A stretch of 64,000 nt of DNA from the human T2T-CHM13v2.0 reference genome, Homo sapiens: NCBI RefSeq assembly GCF_009914755.1, contig NC_060940.1. One strand, given 5' to 3'. This document shows, piece after piece, positions 17,174-38,226 of this stretch. Below the pieces are notes generated by a model that was given only the letters and a program-made list of their open reading frames with translations, was not told the DNA's origin and made no database searches. Every line of letters begins with the position of its first letter. The first letter of the stretch is position 1. The translations under genes and the position numbers were made by a program.

Positions 17174-18480
17174 CTGAAATGCACACAGTAGGAAACTGCT
17201 CATTCTTCTTTATGGAAGTGTTAAACTTCACTGAGAAATTCAAGGTCAATCTTGGCTTCTCTGCTTAGGGTTCTGTGCTAAGCACAGAAAAGCATCCCAT
17301 TACTATATGGTCCTATTCTCCAATAACCCAAATATGAGCATGAGGTGATATTTAGAGATCCGTGTCATTTAATTTACTGAGTATAACAATATGCATTATA
17401 TTTTCATCCCTTACTCTCAAAGATCCTCCTAGCACTGGGATTATAAACCTCTAGAAGCAATGTTCCGAGGGTATACAACTCTCTCCTCTCACCTTCAACA
17501 GGACTCAGGACAGTGCCTGTTCTGTTCTGTTTCTTTCTCAATCTTGCTCTAGTCCTCCTCTCTGAAATTGGCATTCCTAGTCTATTAGGGCTAGCACAAT
17601 TGAAATGCAATCCAGGCACAGGTTTACCACTACTACAACGTGATGTCAGCATTATGCAAGGAGAGGCAACAGTCTGAAAAGAAGGCCTAGAGCTGCAACT
17701 CCTGAGGTCACAGGCGGAGATTAAAAAAAACAGTTTGGGAGGTTAGAAGCTCCTGTTTGTGACTTCAAATGAGGGTTGAATGTGAAAGAAATAAAGGCTG
17801 TGAGAGTGAGATTAACTCAAACCAAGGTGCAAGGTCCATGTGGACTGGGTAAAGACAGGGAAAAACAAGGCCCTGGAGTGGGTTTAACTGAGGGGCAGCA
17901 CTGTAGGTGCACATTTATCTGGGACTCATGAGACTACTTCAGGTCACTAATGGGTTGAAGGTTCACTCATACAGCTATGATCTGAAACCAAGTGACAGAT
18001 CTTGTACCAGACATAAAATGATTCACTTCGCAAACAAGGAAGCTGAGGGAGCTAATTCAGTCCTGGCCCGGGGTGGAAATAGTATAAACTACTCAGAAAG
18101 AAGAGCTCCACGAACCAGAGTAAGCTGGGAGAGACAGAAGGAGACTAGAACAGAAAATATCTAGAAAAGACCAGATTTTATTGTTTATGTATCAAGGTTT
18201 CCTTGCACTGTGAACAAAACAGTCTGCATAGGTGAAGTGACCCCATGTTAGCAGTAAGTAAACACTATGGGGTTGGGAAGAAAGCTCCCCAGGAGACAAC
18301 GATTCTGCATCTCTTGGCTGCTGTAGAAAGTTCTTCAAGAAACAGGCAATGGGGGCCTGATCTAGAAGTCTTCCCAGAAGAGCTACCCTGACCATGCCTG
18401 CTGTGGCTCATTCACATTACACAATTCAAAGTTGGCAAACGTGGTGACTAAGCAAGCAAAAAGCTTGGCTAAAAACTCAC

Positions 18481-18645
18481 ATATTCAAATCGATCCTTGC
18501 AGAGCTGAACCATCAGGTGCAGAAAGACAAGTCCGGCAAACCAGAGGCACCACATGACCACCTCTTCCACTGTCTGGACATTCAGCACACCAAAGATGAA
18601 AATGAACTTGTAGAAAATAAAATTCCAAAATTTGTCTTTGAGATG
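18481..18645 (-). CDS. AMFR: AMFR exon 3 (165 nt)
   Basis: tttag|HLKDKFWNFIFYKFIFIFGVLNVQTVEEVVMWCLWFAGLVFLHLMVQLCKDRFEY|gtgagt; transmembrane region. Confidence 0.96.
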
Positions 18646-18946
18646 CTAAAAAAGAAAAATGTTTATGAAGGTGAGTACCATCACACCTACCCCATTTGAG
18701 GGAAGTTACCATAACAAAAGCCGGCTTCTATGGAAGATATATTCTGCACTTGGCTTTCTAATACTTGTCCTCAAGAAAACAGAAAAAAAAAAAAAAAAAA
18801 AAAAAAAAGCAGCCATCTGAAGAATGGAGGTAAGACACCCAGAAACTAATCTGTAAACTTTGGACTATAACCCTAAATCAATTATGGAATGTTAGCTATT
18901 CAAAGGATAGCGATATTAGTTTAGTAACTTATATATTAAGAAATAG

Positions 18947-22591
<3,645 letters not shown>

Positions 22592-23311
22592 TTATTCTAC
22601 ACCCTACCCACTCAAATCCTCAGCGAACTGCCAATCTATACAGTATGCTTGTGGCGTAATTCTTCATTGAAAGCATCCCCTGCCCATTCTGAGTCACTTT
22701 CCAATGTCAGACAATCTCACCCAAAACAAGAACAAATCTCCTAATTTTATGCTTTTAGAACAATGATTCTTAATTCACCTTCCCACAGAGAAAATTATCT
22801 TGGTAAATTCTTTTGGAAAAGAACCCACATTCTACAGAGTGACATTTATGATCATTCAAAATAAAACAAATCTAGGCTTCTTTAAAAACGACATTCCTAA
22901 AAGTCATGAAGAAAAACAGCTATAAAAAACAATATTGGGACAACTTGGCTACACTGAATATGGACTGTGGATTAGACAAAGTATTTTTTCAATGTTAAAT
23001 TTCCTAATTTTAATCACTGTGCTGTAAAAATGCCTTTGCTCTTAGAAAATACAAACTGAAGTATTTAGGGGTAAAGGGGTAATGATGTCCACAACTTACT
23101 CTCAAATGAATCAGAAAAAAAAGTATGTATAAATAAAAAGTGAAGATTAAAGCAAATGGAACAAAATATTAACAACTGGCGAATCTGGATAAAGGGTATA
23201 TAGGAGTTTTCTGTAGTATTCATGGAACTTTTCCACACATCTGAAATCATAATACAAAGTTTAAAAAAAAAAATCTAGTCACAAGAATCCATCCTTTCAG
23301 TGTAGACTTAC

Positions 23312-23404
23312 CTGTCTCTCACTCACTCGAAGAGGGCCAAACACAATACACTGGATGAGCTTAGCCACCAACATCAAAACACAGCAAGCGGTATTTACTA
23401 GAAC
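23312..23404 (-). CDS. AMFR: AMFR exon 2 (93 nt)
   Basis: ttacag|GTT CTA GTA AAT = VLVNTACCVLMLVAKLIQCIVFGPLRVSERQ|gtaagt; phase 0/0. Confidence 0.96.
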
Positions 23405-24825
23405 CTGTAAACAAATCAGAGAAAGGAAGTTTATTTCTTCCTGCTGAAAAATAAAAGCAGCTCTAAAAATCTCATATTAGGAATTCAGCCATCATTTCCA
23501 GTGACTGAGCCTTTCTGGTTCTCTCCCAATGCAAGATAAGGAATATCTGAAAAGGCACACTGTTCTGGGGAGTGGGTGTTAGGGATGAGGACCGGAAAGA
23601 GAGGCACCAGCTCACCAGCTAAGTCACAGTTCTTGTCCCAATACGCACCCTCCAGCAGGCCACCTTATCTTTCATCCTTAACTGAATTGTGTGTATACTT
23701 TGTACTGTATGTGCAAAACTACATTAACCTCGTAAACTGCAGGTCCTTCCCAAGTACCTCATTTCCGACATTATTTTGACAGCCTTGAAGAAAACTGTTC
23801 TAGAAATTGAAGTTACCGTGAATAGTAAAACCCAGCACCCAGAGATTCTGCCCTGCCAAACAAATAGGAGGTAGGGGTAGGAGTGTGGATGGTCACAAAA
23901 AAGTCTCATCATAAGGAACTAATAATATAAATATATATATACAGAGAGAATATTTTAATATTTATTGGAATGGAAAAATCTTTCAACCAAAAGATAAATG
24001 TTCTCCATGCTTGGTGTTGGCTTTGAAGTAAAGGTTTTGTGGCACTGCAGCAGGGTGGAATGGGTTAAACAGAAGGAAAAGAAAACCGGCGAGAGGGGCC
24101 AAGAGATGAAAGGCAACCTGGGGATACCAATGCAAAACCAAGGCCTTCTTCAACAGTCTATGAGAAAACTTGAAAAACAAAACAAAACAAAACAAAACTC
24201 TAAATGATGAATATCCTTACACCTAAACGCCAAATCTTAATGCTTACAAAATGGAAGAGTTGGCTGTCCCCAACCCAGAGATTAGTGTGGGGTATCACAT
24301 TACTCTGAATGACTCCAAAAAGCCAAAAGGACCTTGATAAAAACAGTACAGATGACTTGTTGAGAGCAAATGAAAAGGAACTCCAATTCAATGTAAAGCT
24401 GCTTCTGCCTCTGATTCACTACGTTTACCATATTACCCTTGCCAAGTCATTCTTCCCTCTACTTTTAAAAGCAAATGATAATTTTAAAGAAGAAAGAAAG
24501 GGGATAGAGGAGAGTAATTTAAGAAAGCAAGATCCCTGAGATCACCTCAGGGTCTGTTTAGTACCTCATGCCATCCCTCCTTTGGGAGAACACTTAAGGG
24601 CAGCCCTGATTCATTACAAATGATTAAATTTAGTTCTATTCTGTCTGCCTAATGGGCCAAGGAAGTATGTAATACATTTTTAAAGGATTGAAACGAAAAT
24701 AGTTCTGCTAAAGAAATAAACTGTTTTGGTACTTAAATCCTTCAAACAACCAGGAACAAACGCCCAAACTAGTTGCCCCAAATATCCTAATCTGTGTAAC
24801 AGACCTATTCAAAATGGTCCAGATC

Positions 24826-28866
<4,041 letters not shown>

Positions 28867-29770
28867 TCAACTATATTAAAACACTTCAGAATGTTTCTCA
28901 TAGCTATAGTGCTGTCAAAGCTTCAAGTCATTTTTTAAAAACTCACCAAATGCCTTTTTTTTCCAGTCTACACAAAATAAAAACAAGTTTTACTTGTCCC
29001 CGTTCAGAGTGTAGCAGGTCAGGCAGCAGTGATCCCAGCAACCCTGACTTACTCAAGGCTCAAAGTTAATTCCCTTCACTCCAAGGCCCAGCAGGAAAAT
29101 GTCCCTTCCAGAATGGTTCTACTCTTCCACTGGAGAAAACAGAAACTAAATTATAAAATAGTTAGGCCTGCCTGGGAGAAAAAGAGAGGAAGGTGCATTT
29201 ATCACCATGTAACCCTACAGGTGTTTTTGACCCTGTAAAATGTTGGCCACCAACAGGTGCTTATTTATGACCTTGCAAAGACATGGGATTAAACTACTAG
29301 GAACCTATTCCAAGACATGGTCAATCTGGATATTTCTTAGACTCCTGCCTACACCAGCACCACTCCCCTGCGCCCCCTACCATTTGGTGGTTTCCTCCCT
29401 TTAAGGACAATTCACGTATTGTTACCTCTCTGCAGGCTCCCAGAAACAAACACATAATACAAACATGCACACACTCCCCTTCATCACATAGATGATAACT
29501 GTGTTCCTTCTTTAACAAGACTAGGGAAATAGACGAGAGTCCGCACGCAAAGCATACCTAGGAGGTGATCAAATAGCAGTCCCCTTCTCCCTCACCTGGA
29601 AGACATTCCTTTTATTTTTAATTTATCTAGGCTCACATCCAATTATTCACAAGTTTAGTCTTTTTTCCTTCAGCTGCCCCAACATTTCTGGAGCTAACAT
29701 TTTTCCCTCATATACCTTGAAATAGTCAACTCATAAAGACTAAAACCTAGGAAGTCACTTTCAGCTCTTA

Positions 29771-30320
29771 ATTTTGTTTTGTTTTTTTTTTTTGAGACCA
29801 GAGTCTCACTCTGGCCCAAACTGCAGTGCAGTGGCACAATCATAGCTCACTGTAACCTTGAGCTTCTGGGTTCAAGCAATCCTCCTGCCTCAGCCTCCCA
29901 AGCAGCTAGGACTACAGCACAGGCCACTACACTTAATTTGCATAATTAAGTCAGAACCTTGACAGTAGTTTCATATTTCTATTTCTCCATTTACATGTCT
30001 TGCTCTTAGAATTTTAGAAGCAGGTATTTTATATCTTTAAAGGGTTGTAAAACAAATTAAATAAGGAAGTTGCAGAGCCTAAAATATTCACCATCTGAGA
30101 GCACTTTAGAGAAAAATTGGCTGACTCTTATTTTAAAAAGCCTATTTTCACATAATTATAATGGTGACTAATTTTTTTTTTTTTTTTGGTAGAGCAGGGG
30201 GTCTCACTATGTTGCCCAGACTCCTGGGCAGCTCCTGGCCTCAAGCAATCCTCCACCTCCTGCCTCAGCCTCCGCCTCTCAAACTGCTGAGACTGCCGGT
30301 GTGAACCACTGAACCCAGCC
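29771..30320 (-). mobile_element. AluJ-type element split by a ~230 bp non-Alu insertion
   Basis: Right arm 29794-29935, left arm ~30166-30320. Confidence 0.85.
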
Positions 30321-30359
30321 CTTAAGTTTTATAATAATACGAAAATCGGCTCTTTAAAA

Positions 30360-30533
30360 TAGGATTCAGCCAATTTTTCTCTAAAGTGCTCTCAGATAGT
30401 GAATATTTTAGGCTCTGCAACTTCCTTAATTTATTTAATTTGTTTTACAACCCTTTAAAAATATAAAAACCATTCTTAGCTGTTAAGACAAAAACAGGCC
30501 TAGTCAAATAGGTCACGAGTTTGCCAATCCCTG
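30360..30533 (+). mobile_element. MER58-type hAT-Charlie element
   Basis: CAGATAGTGAATATTTTAGGC...AAAAACCATTCTTAGC...GTTTGCCAATCCCTG. Confidence 0.7.
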
Positions 30534-33500
30534 TTCTAAATGGTCAATTCACTTTTATCCACTTTTGTTTGTGGTCATTTTTCCCCTTGAGAGTTCTATT
30601 TAAATGATATTATTTGCATAATTAAGTCAGAACCTTGACATTAGTTTCATATTTCTATTTCTCCATTCACGTATCTTGCTCTTAGAATTTTAGAAGCAGA
30701 TATTTAAGAAAGCAGAAAAGGGAACTAATAAAAGTAATGAGTAAGAATTAAAAAATGAAAAAGCCAAAACACCTGAACAATCCAAAACCATGCTAGAATG
30801 GACCAAGAGGTAGCTGAATGGAAGCATTATCTGAGCAATGTAAAATAGCCCAGAAATGAGTAACAAAATAAAAACTCATCTGAAATGAAACTTTAGGATG
30901 GAAGTTTTAGAAAGACAAGGAGAAACAAATTCTCAGGTCAAACCCACATATTTGTTAGTGTAAAAACCCTGAAGTCTCCTCCCAAATCCTTTCTCAATGT
31001 CATGCCTGAGGGCCACCTGGAGAGGCCCCCTTGGGAGGAGGAAGTTTTAGGTCACTAGATCTCCCGTCCTCTTCCCACTCTACATAAATCTATCTTCCAC
31101 ACTGCTCCCAATCTTCTAAAAGAAATCATGCCAGCACCCCCACTCCTCCATGCCCCACCCCCACTTAAGCCCCATCAATGGCTTCTCTCACTCCACAAAA
31201 TACTGTCCACACTTGGTAGAGCAAGCAAGGTCAAGGTTACATGACATCACACTCTACCCTCTTCCTAGGTCAGTTTTTCAACCACTAGTGTTCCTCAAAT
31301 CACCTAGGGCATTCATTAAAATGAAGATTCCAAGGCTCCACCCTTCTCTCTGAAATGGATCCCCAGGGAAACTACATTTTACAAGTACCCCAGATGACCA
31401 CATACCAGGATGCCAGAGGTCCACATTTTGAGAAAGAAACCTTCAAGGGGGTTGCTCACCTCCTCCTCTCACAGCAGAGCCACCTGCCCCACCTCCTTCA
31501 CCTCCTCCCCACCTCCTTCACCCCCGGTCTCCTCTTCACCTTCTCAACCTCCCTCTTAAATCAGAAGATTCAACAGACTTTTAATTTAACAGCCCAGCTT
31601 CCGGACCACCCTGCCTGTGCCTAGCACTGTCCTCCCCACGCCAGACCGAGCTCCACATGCTGGTTTCTCTATCTGGAATACCCATTGCTACTGGTTGAGA
31701 CCCTTCCCACCTTCCAAGCTGGTTCAAACACCACCTTCCATGAACCCTTCCCTGGGCACAATTCCTTTCTTTTTCCTCCAAACTCTGCTTCATTTTATTT
31801 ATCTATTATCCCCTATAAAATTTTGCCATATTACTGAGGGTAGGGGAAAGTGTTGTTCACAGATATGCCCTCCAAAGTGCCCAAAATAACACCTTCGAAA
31901 GGTTTTAAATTGTGTTTGTTCATGAAAAACCTCCTGTGATGCTATCAGACCGATATTATTCTAAACTGTGCTCTAAAAAGATAAGTTTTGGGAATTACAA
32001 TATGTTAATATCTAGCAGGACTTGCACTGGCAGAAGGATCAGTCTTTGTTTTGTCTTGCTTGGCCTTGGCAGGCAGTGTTCGTGAAAAAGTTGAATCTGA
32101 ATTCAATAGAACTAGGGGAGGGCGCAAGGAGGATCCAGTTGACAAAGGCACCACCACATAGGGTATTCACTCAACAATCTTAATCTGTCCCACCACTGGG
32201 GAAGGCTTTTGAGATTGTCACTTCTACTCAGCTGCTAAAGCAGAAACTACATATACACTGAGTGATGAGACAAACAGTGAGCACATGGAGGGTCTGAGAA
32301 ACCAAAGCAGGCCAAAGTAAACACGTGGAGACCCCAGAGGAAAGATGGAAGAAAAACAGCACTAGGATCAACTGAGAAATGAAAATATCATCAGCGGAGA
32401 GTAAGAAGTGATAAACCTGCCAGAGGTAAGACCTCTACTGAAAATGCTGGAAGAAAAGGAAATTTCCTAAAAAGTAATCATCATCACAGAAAAATCAACA
32501 GCTTTTATGTAATGTTTTCTGAAGAGATATTAACTTTAGAATCTGAACATGGCTTTTATCAAAATAAAGTCCTGCGGGGGGAAATCCATTAAACAATACC
32601 AGTGTTGTTATATAAATAAAATAAGGGTTCCTTCTCAAAGGCTTATTTATATCTTAGACTTAAAAAATATCAAAGACTACATTATAATCTTAACATGGCA
32701 AAAACACTCTCCATATCACTTTGTTTACCTGCTAACTCAAATGCAAAAACAGATTTGAAATTAAGCAAGAGATGTGAGTTGAGTTCTTTCGCTTCTCCCT
32801 TCTTTAGGACTGTAAAGTTCAGCTTTACACAGCAGTAGATAAACAGGAACTTCACCCTTCACTGCCTTCTACTAAACTCTCCATCAGAAGGACCAGGAGA
32901 CTTAATCTACAGCCCACAGAGTCCATAAATCCCACCGCTTCCTGATGAAGCACAGTGGGACTAATTATAACAAATGAGTTGCATATCATACTATCAACTT
33001 GGAATATTAATCTCTCAGTCATTTACAGCCCACTTTCAACCCCAAATGGGAACATGCAAGGAGACAAGATCCAAGAAGCCATATTAAATCCAAGTGAGGC
33101 TTTAAATCCTGGAGAAACTTTTCTGATCACTGCGGGATTTACATAAGTATTCAAGGCCAAGATGAAAGCAAAATTCTCTAGCCAAAATACCGTTGATCTG
33201 ATCAGTCTGAAATTATCTGTTCTAATGAACGAAACCAGCATGTGTGCCTTATCAATGCTGCTTATCTCGCAGGGGCAGACAACCTGGAAACTGTGTTAGA
33301 ATAGATCCTCAAATAAGAAACATTCAGTTAAAATGATGGGCTGCCTCTTGACACTGTGAATGTTTTGCTGCGTTCAGACATCAAAGGAAAACTGTCATGA
33401 ACATCAGGTAAAGGCAGCAGAAAAGGAAGCACAGTTTGGTGTTTGTTTCATTACACAGCTCCCAAAGGGGACAATCGAATACTAAGCGGCAAAAAAGTTG

Positions 33501-34131
33501 TGGGAGACGGCCTCTCTCCAACCGGAATGTCCAAAGACACCTGAGTGCCGAAAATTCCCCCATACTCAACGTCTGAATTCTCCCCTCTGCCCTCTCCTCT
33601 TCGTCGGAAGAAAATCCGCTAACAATCCCATGCTTGACCAAGTGGGAAAAGCTTTCAACTTCACTCTACTTCGTCCAACCCTCGGGATAACGCACTCCCA
33701 GATCCCGACCTCCCCTTGAACCTGCCCTCTGAGATCTTCTAGTTTCTCCCGAGGGTCCCTCAGAAAACCCAGCCCGTTCCTCCTCACTGCCCCTTAACCC
33801 CTTCCCCTGCCCCAGGCCCCGTCCGCGCCCCAGCGCAGACCATCACCCGCCGCCTCCCCGACCCCCTTCCCGGAGCCCTCAACGCTGGCCTGCCCCTCGG
33901 GGCCTCCTCCTCGCAACCCCACGCGATGTTCCTCCCGCCCGCGGCCCCCTCCCCCTCCCCGCGCCTCACCACTCTCCCTCAGCAGCGCTCCCGCGAGCAA
34001 GGCCGCGCCCCCCAGGCGCTCGCCCTCGGGGGTCCCTGGCGGAGGGGCCCCTAGGCCCACCACGCCCCCGCGGATAAAGGGTGACGCAGCGGACCCCGCC
34101 CCTGCCCCGCGGGCCCGGCCGCCTCGCTCAC

Positions 34132-34386
34132 CCACACGAAGAGGCTGTCTGAGAGCAGGTACTGGGCCACATCGCGGGCCCGGGGTCCCCCGGCGCTCGG
34201 CCGGGCGGGCGCCGGCGGCTCAGGCTGCAGCGAGGCCGTTAGCTGGTCCGGCTCGCCGGGGCCGGCCTCGGGCTGGCTGAGCGCGCGGTAGGCGCTGATG
34301 ATGGTGCCCAGCAGGGCCAGGCCGCTGAGGCCCGTGTAGGTGCGGAGGCTGGGCCAGGGGAAGCGCTCGAGGAAGAGCAGCGGCAT
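34132..34386 (-). CDS. AMFR: AMFR (gp78/RNF45 ERAD E3 ubiquitin ligase) coding exon 1
   Basis: ATG at 34386-34384 in GCCGCCATG context; MPLLFLERFPWPSLRTYTGL...SDSLFVW (85 aa, 255 nt), then GTGAGC donor; inside a CpG island. Confidence 0.98.
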
Positions 34387-34479
34387 GGCGGCAGCGGCGA
34401 CCTCTGGCCCCCAGGCTTCCCTGCGCTGCGGCCGGGCCTCTGCGGCGGCCTCGCGAACGGCGCCCACGGGCTCTGGCGT

Positions 34480-34524
34480 CGCTGCCGCTGCCGCTGCCGC
34501 TGCCGCTGCCGCCGCCGCCGCCGC
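34480..34524 (-). repeat. (GCG)5(GCAGCG)5 trinucleotide-type repeat upstream of the AMFR ATG
   Basis: Plus strand reads cgctgc x5 then cgc x5, followed by gccgg x3. Confidence 0.93.
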
Positions 34525-35109
34525 GCCGGGCCGGGCCGGGCCGCTCCTGGCTGCTGGCGCCGCTCCGCCCCGCGCTGCTCCCGCTGCTGCCCCTGCCGGC
34601 GCGGAAGAGCCTGGGCGGGCTCGGGACAGGCCGCCGCCCCCAGCGGGACGCTGGCGGGACGGGCGCAGGGGCGCGGCCTTCGTCCCCCGCCCCCAGCGGT
34701 CGCGCCGCCGCCTAGCGGGCGTAGCCCCGGGCCTCAGGCCGGGGGGCCGGCACCCAGCATCATCCGCCGTCCGCACCACGGCTTGGCTGGGCCCGCAGAC
34801 ACAGAGGGCACCTGCTCCGGCCGCGGCGCAGGGGTCACTCGGGCTCGCAGGCGCTGGCAGGCGGGCAGGGCCTCAGGGCGCGGGGGACCCTGGCCACCAG
34901 GCCGTCGGCCACTTGCCCCCCCCCCACCCCATTAACCCTCTGAAGAGGTTACCCCCAGCACTCCTAGGGGCCGCGCAGCTTCCCTGGTGCCCGAAACCCC
35001 AGAAGAAAGAATATTAACAGTCTTTCAAGTTTCTGCTGTTTGCTAGTAGCCTCCAGCAGAAACTAAAAAATGAACCTGATTTAGCGGGAAATAAAAATGT
35101 GTTCCCTCA

Positions 35110-35985
35110 TACCCCAGAAGTGAGAATGTCAAATGGTGCAGCTGTCTTGGAAAATAACCTGTCCTTTCCTTAAAGTCAAACAAGAGTGACCATTTGACCC
35201 AATAATTCCACTCCTCTAAGAAAAGTGGAAACATACCTCCACACAAAACTTGTACACAAATGTTGATTACATTCTAACAATCAAAAGATGGGAACAACGC
35301 TAATGTCCGTCAAGCGATGAGTGGATAAATGTGATACATCCATAAAATGTACTATTCGGCCATAAAAATGAACTACTGATACATGCTACAATAGGAACGA
35401 ACCTTAAACACGTGCTAAGTCAAAGAAGACAGCCACAAAGGTCCACGTGTTGTGTGATTCCATTGATATGAAATGTCCACAATAGGCAAGTACATATACA
35501 GACACAGAAAGTTGATTAATGATTGCTTAGGGATGGGAGGAAGAGGGGAGTAGGGGGTGATAAAGGGTGCAGGTTTCTTTTAAGAGACAGGGTCTGTGGC
35601 CCAGGCTAGAGTACAGTGGCATGCTCACTGCATCCTCCATCTCCTGGACTCAAGAAATCTTCCTGCTTCAGTCTCTCCAGTAGCTGGGATTACAGGCGTA
35701 TGCCACCACACCTGGCTAATTTTTAATTTTTGGTAGAGACAGCGTCTTGCTATGTTGTCCAGACCAGTCTGTGGCTCCTGAGCTCAAGTGATCCTCCCAC
35801 CTTGCCTTCACAAAGTGCAGGGATTACAGGCGTGAGTCACTGGCTGGGATAGGTTTGTTTTCAAAGTAATGAAAATGTAAAATTGAGGTGATGATTGCCC
35901 AACTCTGAATTGAAAAATCATTGTACACTTTAAATAGTTCTATCTCAATATGCGAATTGTATCTCAATAAGCTGTTACCAAAGGA
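35110..35985 (+). mobile_element. Old L1M 3' end interrupted by an antisense AluJ (35575-35845)
   Basis: GACCCAATAATTCCACTCCT...ATGAAATGTCCA...GTACACTTTAAATAG...TATCTCAATAA. Confidence 0.78.
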
Positions 35986-38220
35986 AAAAAATGTTACCTT
36001 GGGAGTTTTATTCCTTTTGCATCCCCAGGGCCTGTAAGAGTTCTCAGCCCAGAGTAGGTGCTCTGTAAATATTTGTAGGATTTTCCAAACTTTCTAAAGA
36101 AAAGGACCAAATTATCTTTCAAGGTCTTTTTCATGCCTAATATTCTAAAAGTCTATTAACTAGAAAACAAAAGATCTCTCAAGCTTACAATTCCACTTTG
36201 GAAATTTTAGAAACATCTTGTTAAAGGGTCTTTGATGAACGTTTGGCTTTACCGGGACAGGGAGAGGCCTTACCTTTGCACACGTGCATTTTTTTAATAC
36301 AAGGTCTATATGAATACTAGACTTGAATTCACTTTGGTTCTCTTCCCACAGCCATGCAATTAAAATGCTAAACTTTAAACTTTATCAGTAAAATAAAGGA
36401 AAGCTTTATTTTGAAAAACTATTGTAATTTTCCAGGGAAGTGTTCTACTTTACAGGTCAAGATCTGAGCCACCATAACTTTTAAACCACTGACTGGCAAT
36501 CTTTATTCAATCCTAGCCACAGTAGTTCTAAACTGTCACAAACCAAATTTGTCCCATCACCCTTAGAAACAGGCTGCTGTTAACAGATCTGCCCTTATTA
36601 AACTTTTAGAAGCTTGAACCTTCTGAAACTTCACATGAATGGGGGAAGTTAACCCAAAAGAACGTAAATGGTTTGTGTTTGGATCTTTTACTAGAATTAG
36701 TAATTTTTCTACCATTACTTTTTCCTTTCCCACTCCAAGACACACTCCAAGAAGGTACTTTGCACACCGTTGTTCTCAAGGAAGGACATTTTGGCAATAA
36801 CCAAACAAGCCTTCTTAACCAATACTTCTAGTTCTTGGTAACTGCATCTTACTCCATGAGAGGACTGGGAAGGAGGCAGGACCCAAAAGGGATGAATGCT
36901 TAATGTGCCTGGGGAGACTAGATCAACATACGGGCTACCTGTCAGCTGTGTCCCAAGCCCCAAGTGTGGCAGACAGATGACAGCATCAGACTTTGAGAGG
37001 CTGGTCCTGCTTGGACAAGAATCAATAGAGTCCATGATGAAAGCTAGAGGTCCCCCGTCACCACAACCTTGATTTCAGAATAACACTATGCCTTCCAGAT
37101 TTGAGACTTCAAATAGGTCCTTCATTTCCATTATGACTGATAGACTTAATTTCCTGCCATCTTTGTGGGATGGTGGTTCTGACTTGGTTTGATTTAAAGG
37201 GAATAAAATAATTACTTCAGACAAATCAGTTTGTGTGGAGTAAGATTCATACCTAGATACAATGCTATTTTCATTTTTAAAATATCTGAAGTCCTTTCAT
37301 ATTCATGACCTCATTCACCATCATGTGAGACGGGTTGGGTGGCTTTGTTGTTGCTTAAGATTCTCAGAATCCTAGAAGCTGAACTTCACTATCTAATCCA
37401 GTAGCTTTAAATGTATTCCCATGGCATGCTAGTGTTTCATCAGCTGGACCCATGTTCCACAGCTAAATCTAGCAGAGAGAAAAATAACCAACTCTTCAAG
37501 TTTTTAGAGGAAAAACTAAACTAATGGATATATTTCCATTTGTAGCTTTTCTTTCATATTTATTTTTCATAGATCTTTGGTGCCTGCTATAAAATACACA
37601 AGTAGTAAAGTTTTCAGAAAAAACCTTTCAATTTCTATCAGGTTTCATTCACACTTCTGTTCAGATATAAAGGCTGAAAAGGCTATAGTTTTATCAGACA
37701 CACATATATTCCCGTATTTTGGGTAAACTTTCTATTTAAGATAACATTGAATTACACAGTATTACATATGCAGCAGGTATGGTGTGTGTCATAGAACATT
37801 ATGAATTCCAGGCAAGTTTGAGAAAAAAAACTAAAGGAGTCAACCCTCCCTTTACAGATGAGGAAACTCGGACTCAGTCCCCAATGATATGGACTACACA
37901 CAGTTAACACAACTGTGTAGCAACTTCTAACTTGTGGCCTTCATGTTCCAAATCTAGTGACCCTTTCACACCTCAGGAAACTGAAACACTGCTAACACAC
38001 AATGGGAGGAGGGAGTGTGTGGGGCACAAGGAGAGGGCAACATCAGTGACCCAGGCCATCAGGCCCTTGCTATTATGCTAAGCTGTCTCTTACCTAAAGG
38101 CCCTCGGCCACTCACAGTGACGAACCATGCAAGATTTCTACTAGCACAGTAGGATCAGCAGCCACACATACAGGACTACTATCCCAAAACAATCACAGAG
38201 TCATTCTCTTTCAAATATTT

Positions 38221-38226
38221 TTTATT
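38221..38226 (-). terminator. NUDT21: Distal poly(A) signal AATAAA of NUDT21
   Basis: Minus-strand AATAAA preceded by a U-rich tract and TGTA motifs, followed by TGTGATTGTTTTGG GU-rich downstream element. Confidence 0.75.

Larger units (their letters stand above)
33480..34990. promoter_or_regulatory. AMFR: CpG island / AMFR promoter and 5'UTR
   Basis: Very high GC and CpG density spanning exon 1, multiple GC boxes, no obvious TATA box; TSS probably near 34600 (not determinable exactly). Confidence 0.9.

Noticed and set aside
34340-35017. 225-aa plus-strand ORF over the AMFR promoter
   Set aside because: Stop codons are depleted in CpG islands; non-ATG start, low complexity, no recognisable domain.
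36400-36510. Further minus-strand AATAAA hexamers beyond the NUDT21 distal site
   Set aside because: Such hexamers are common in AT-rich DNA; no independent support from sequence alone.
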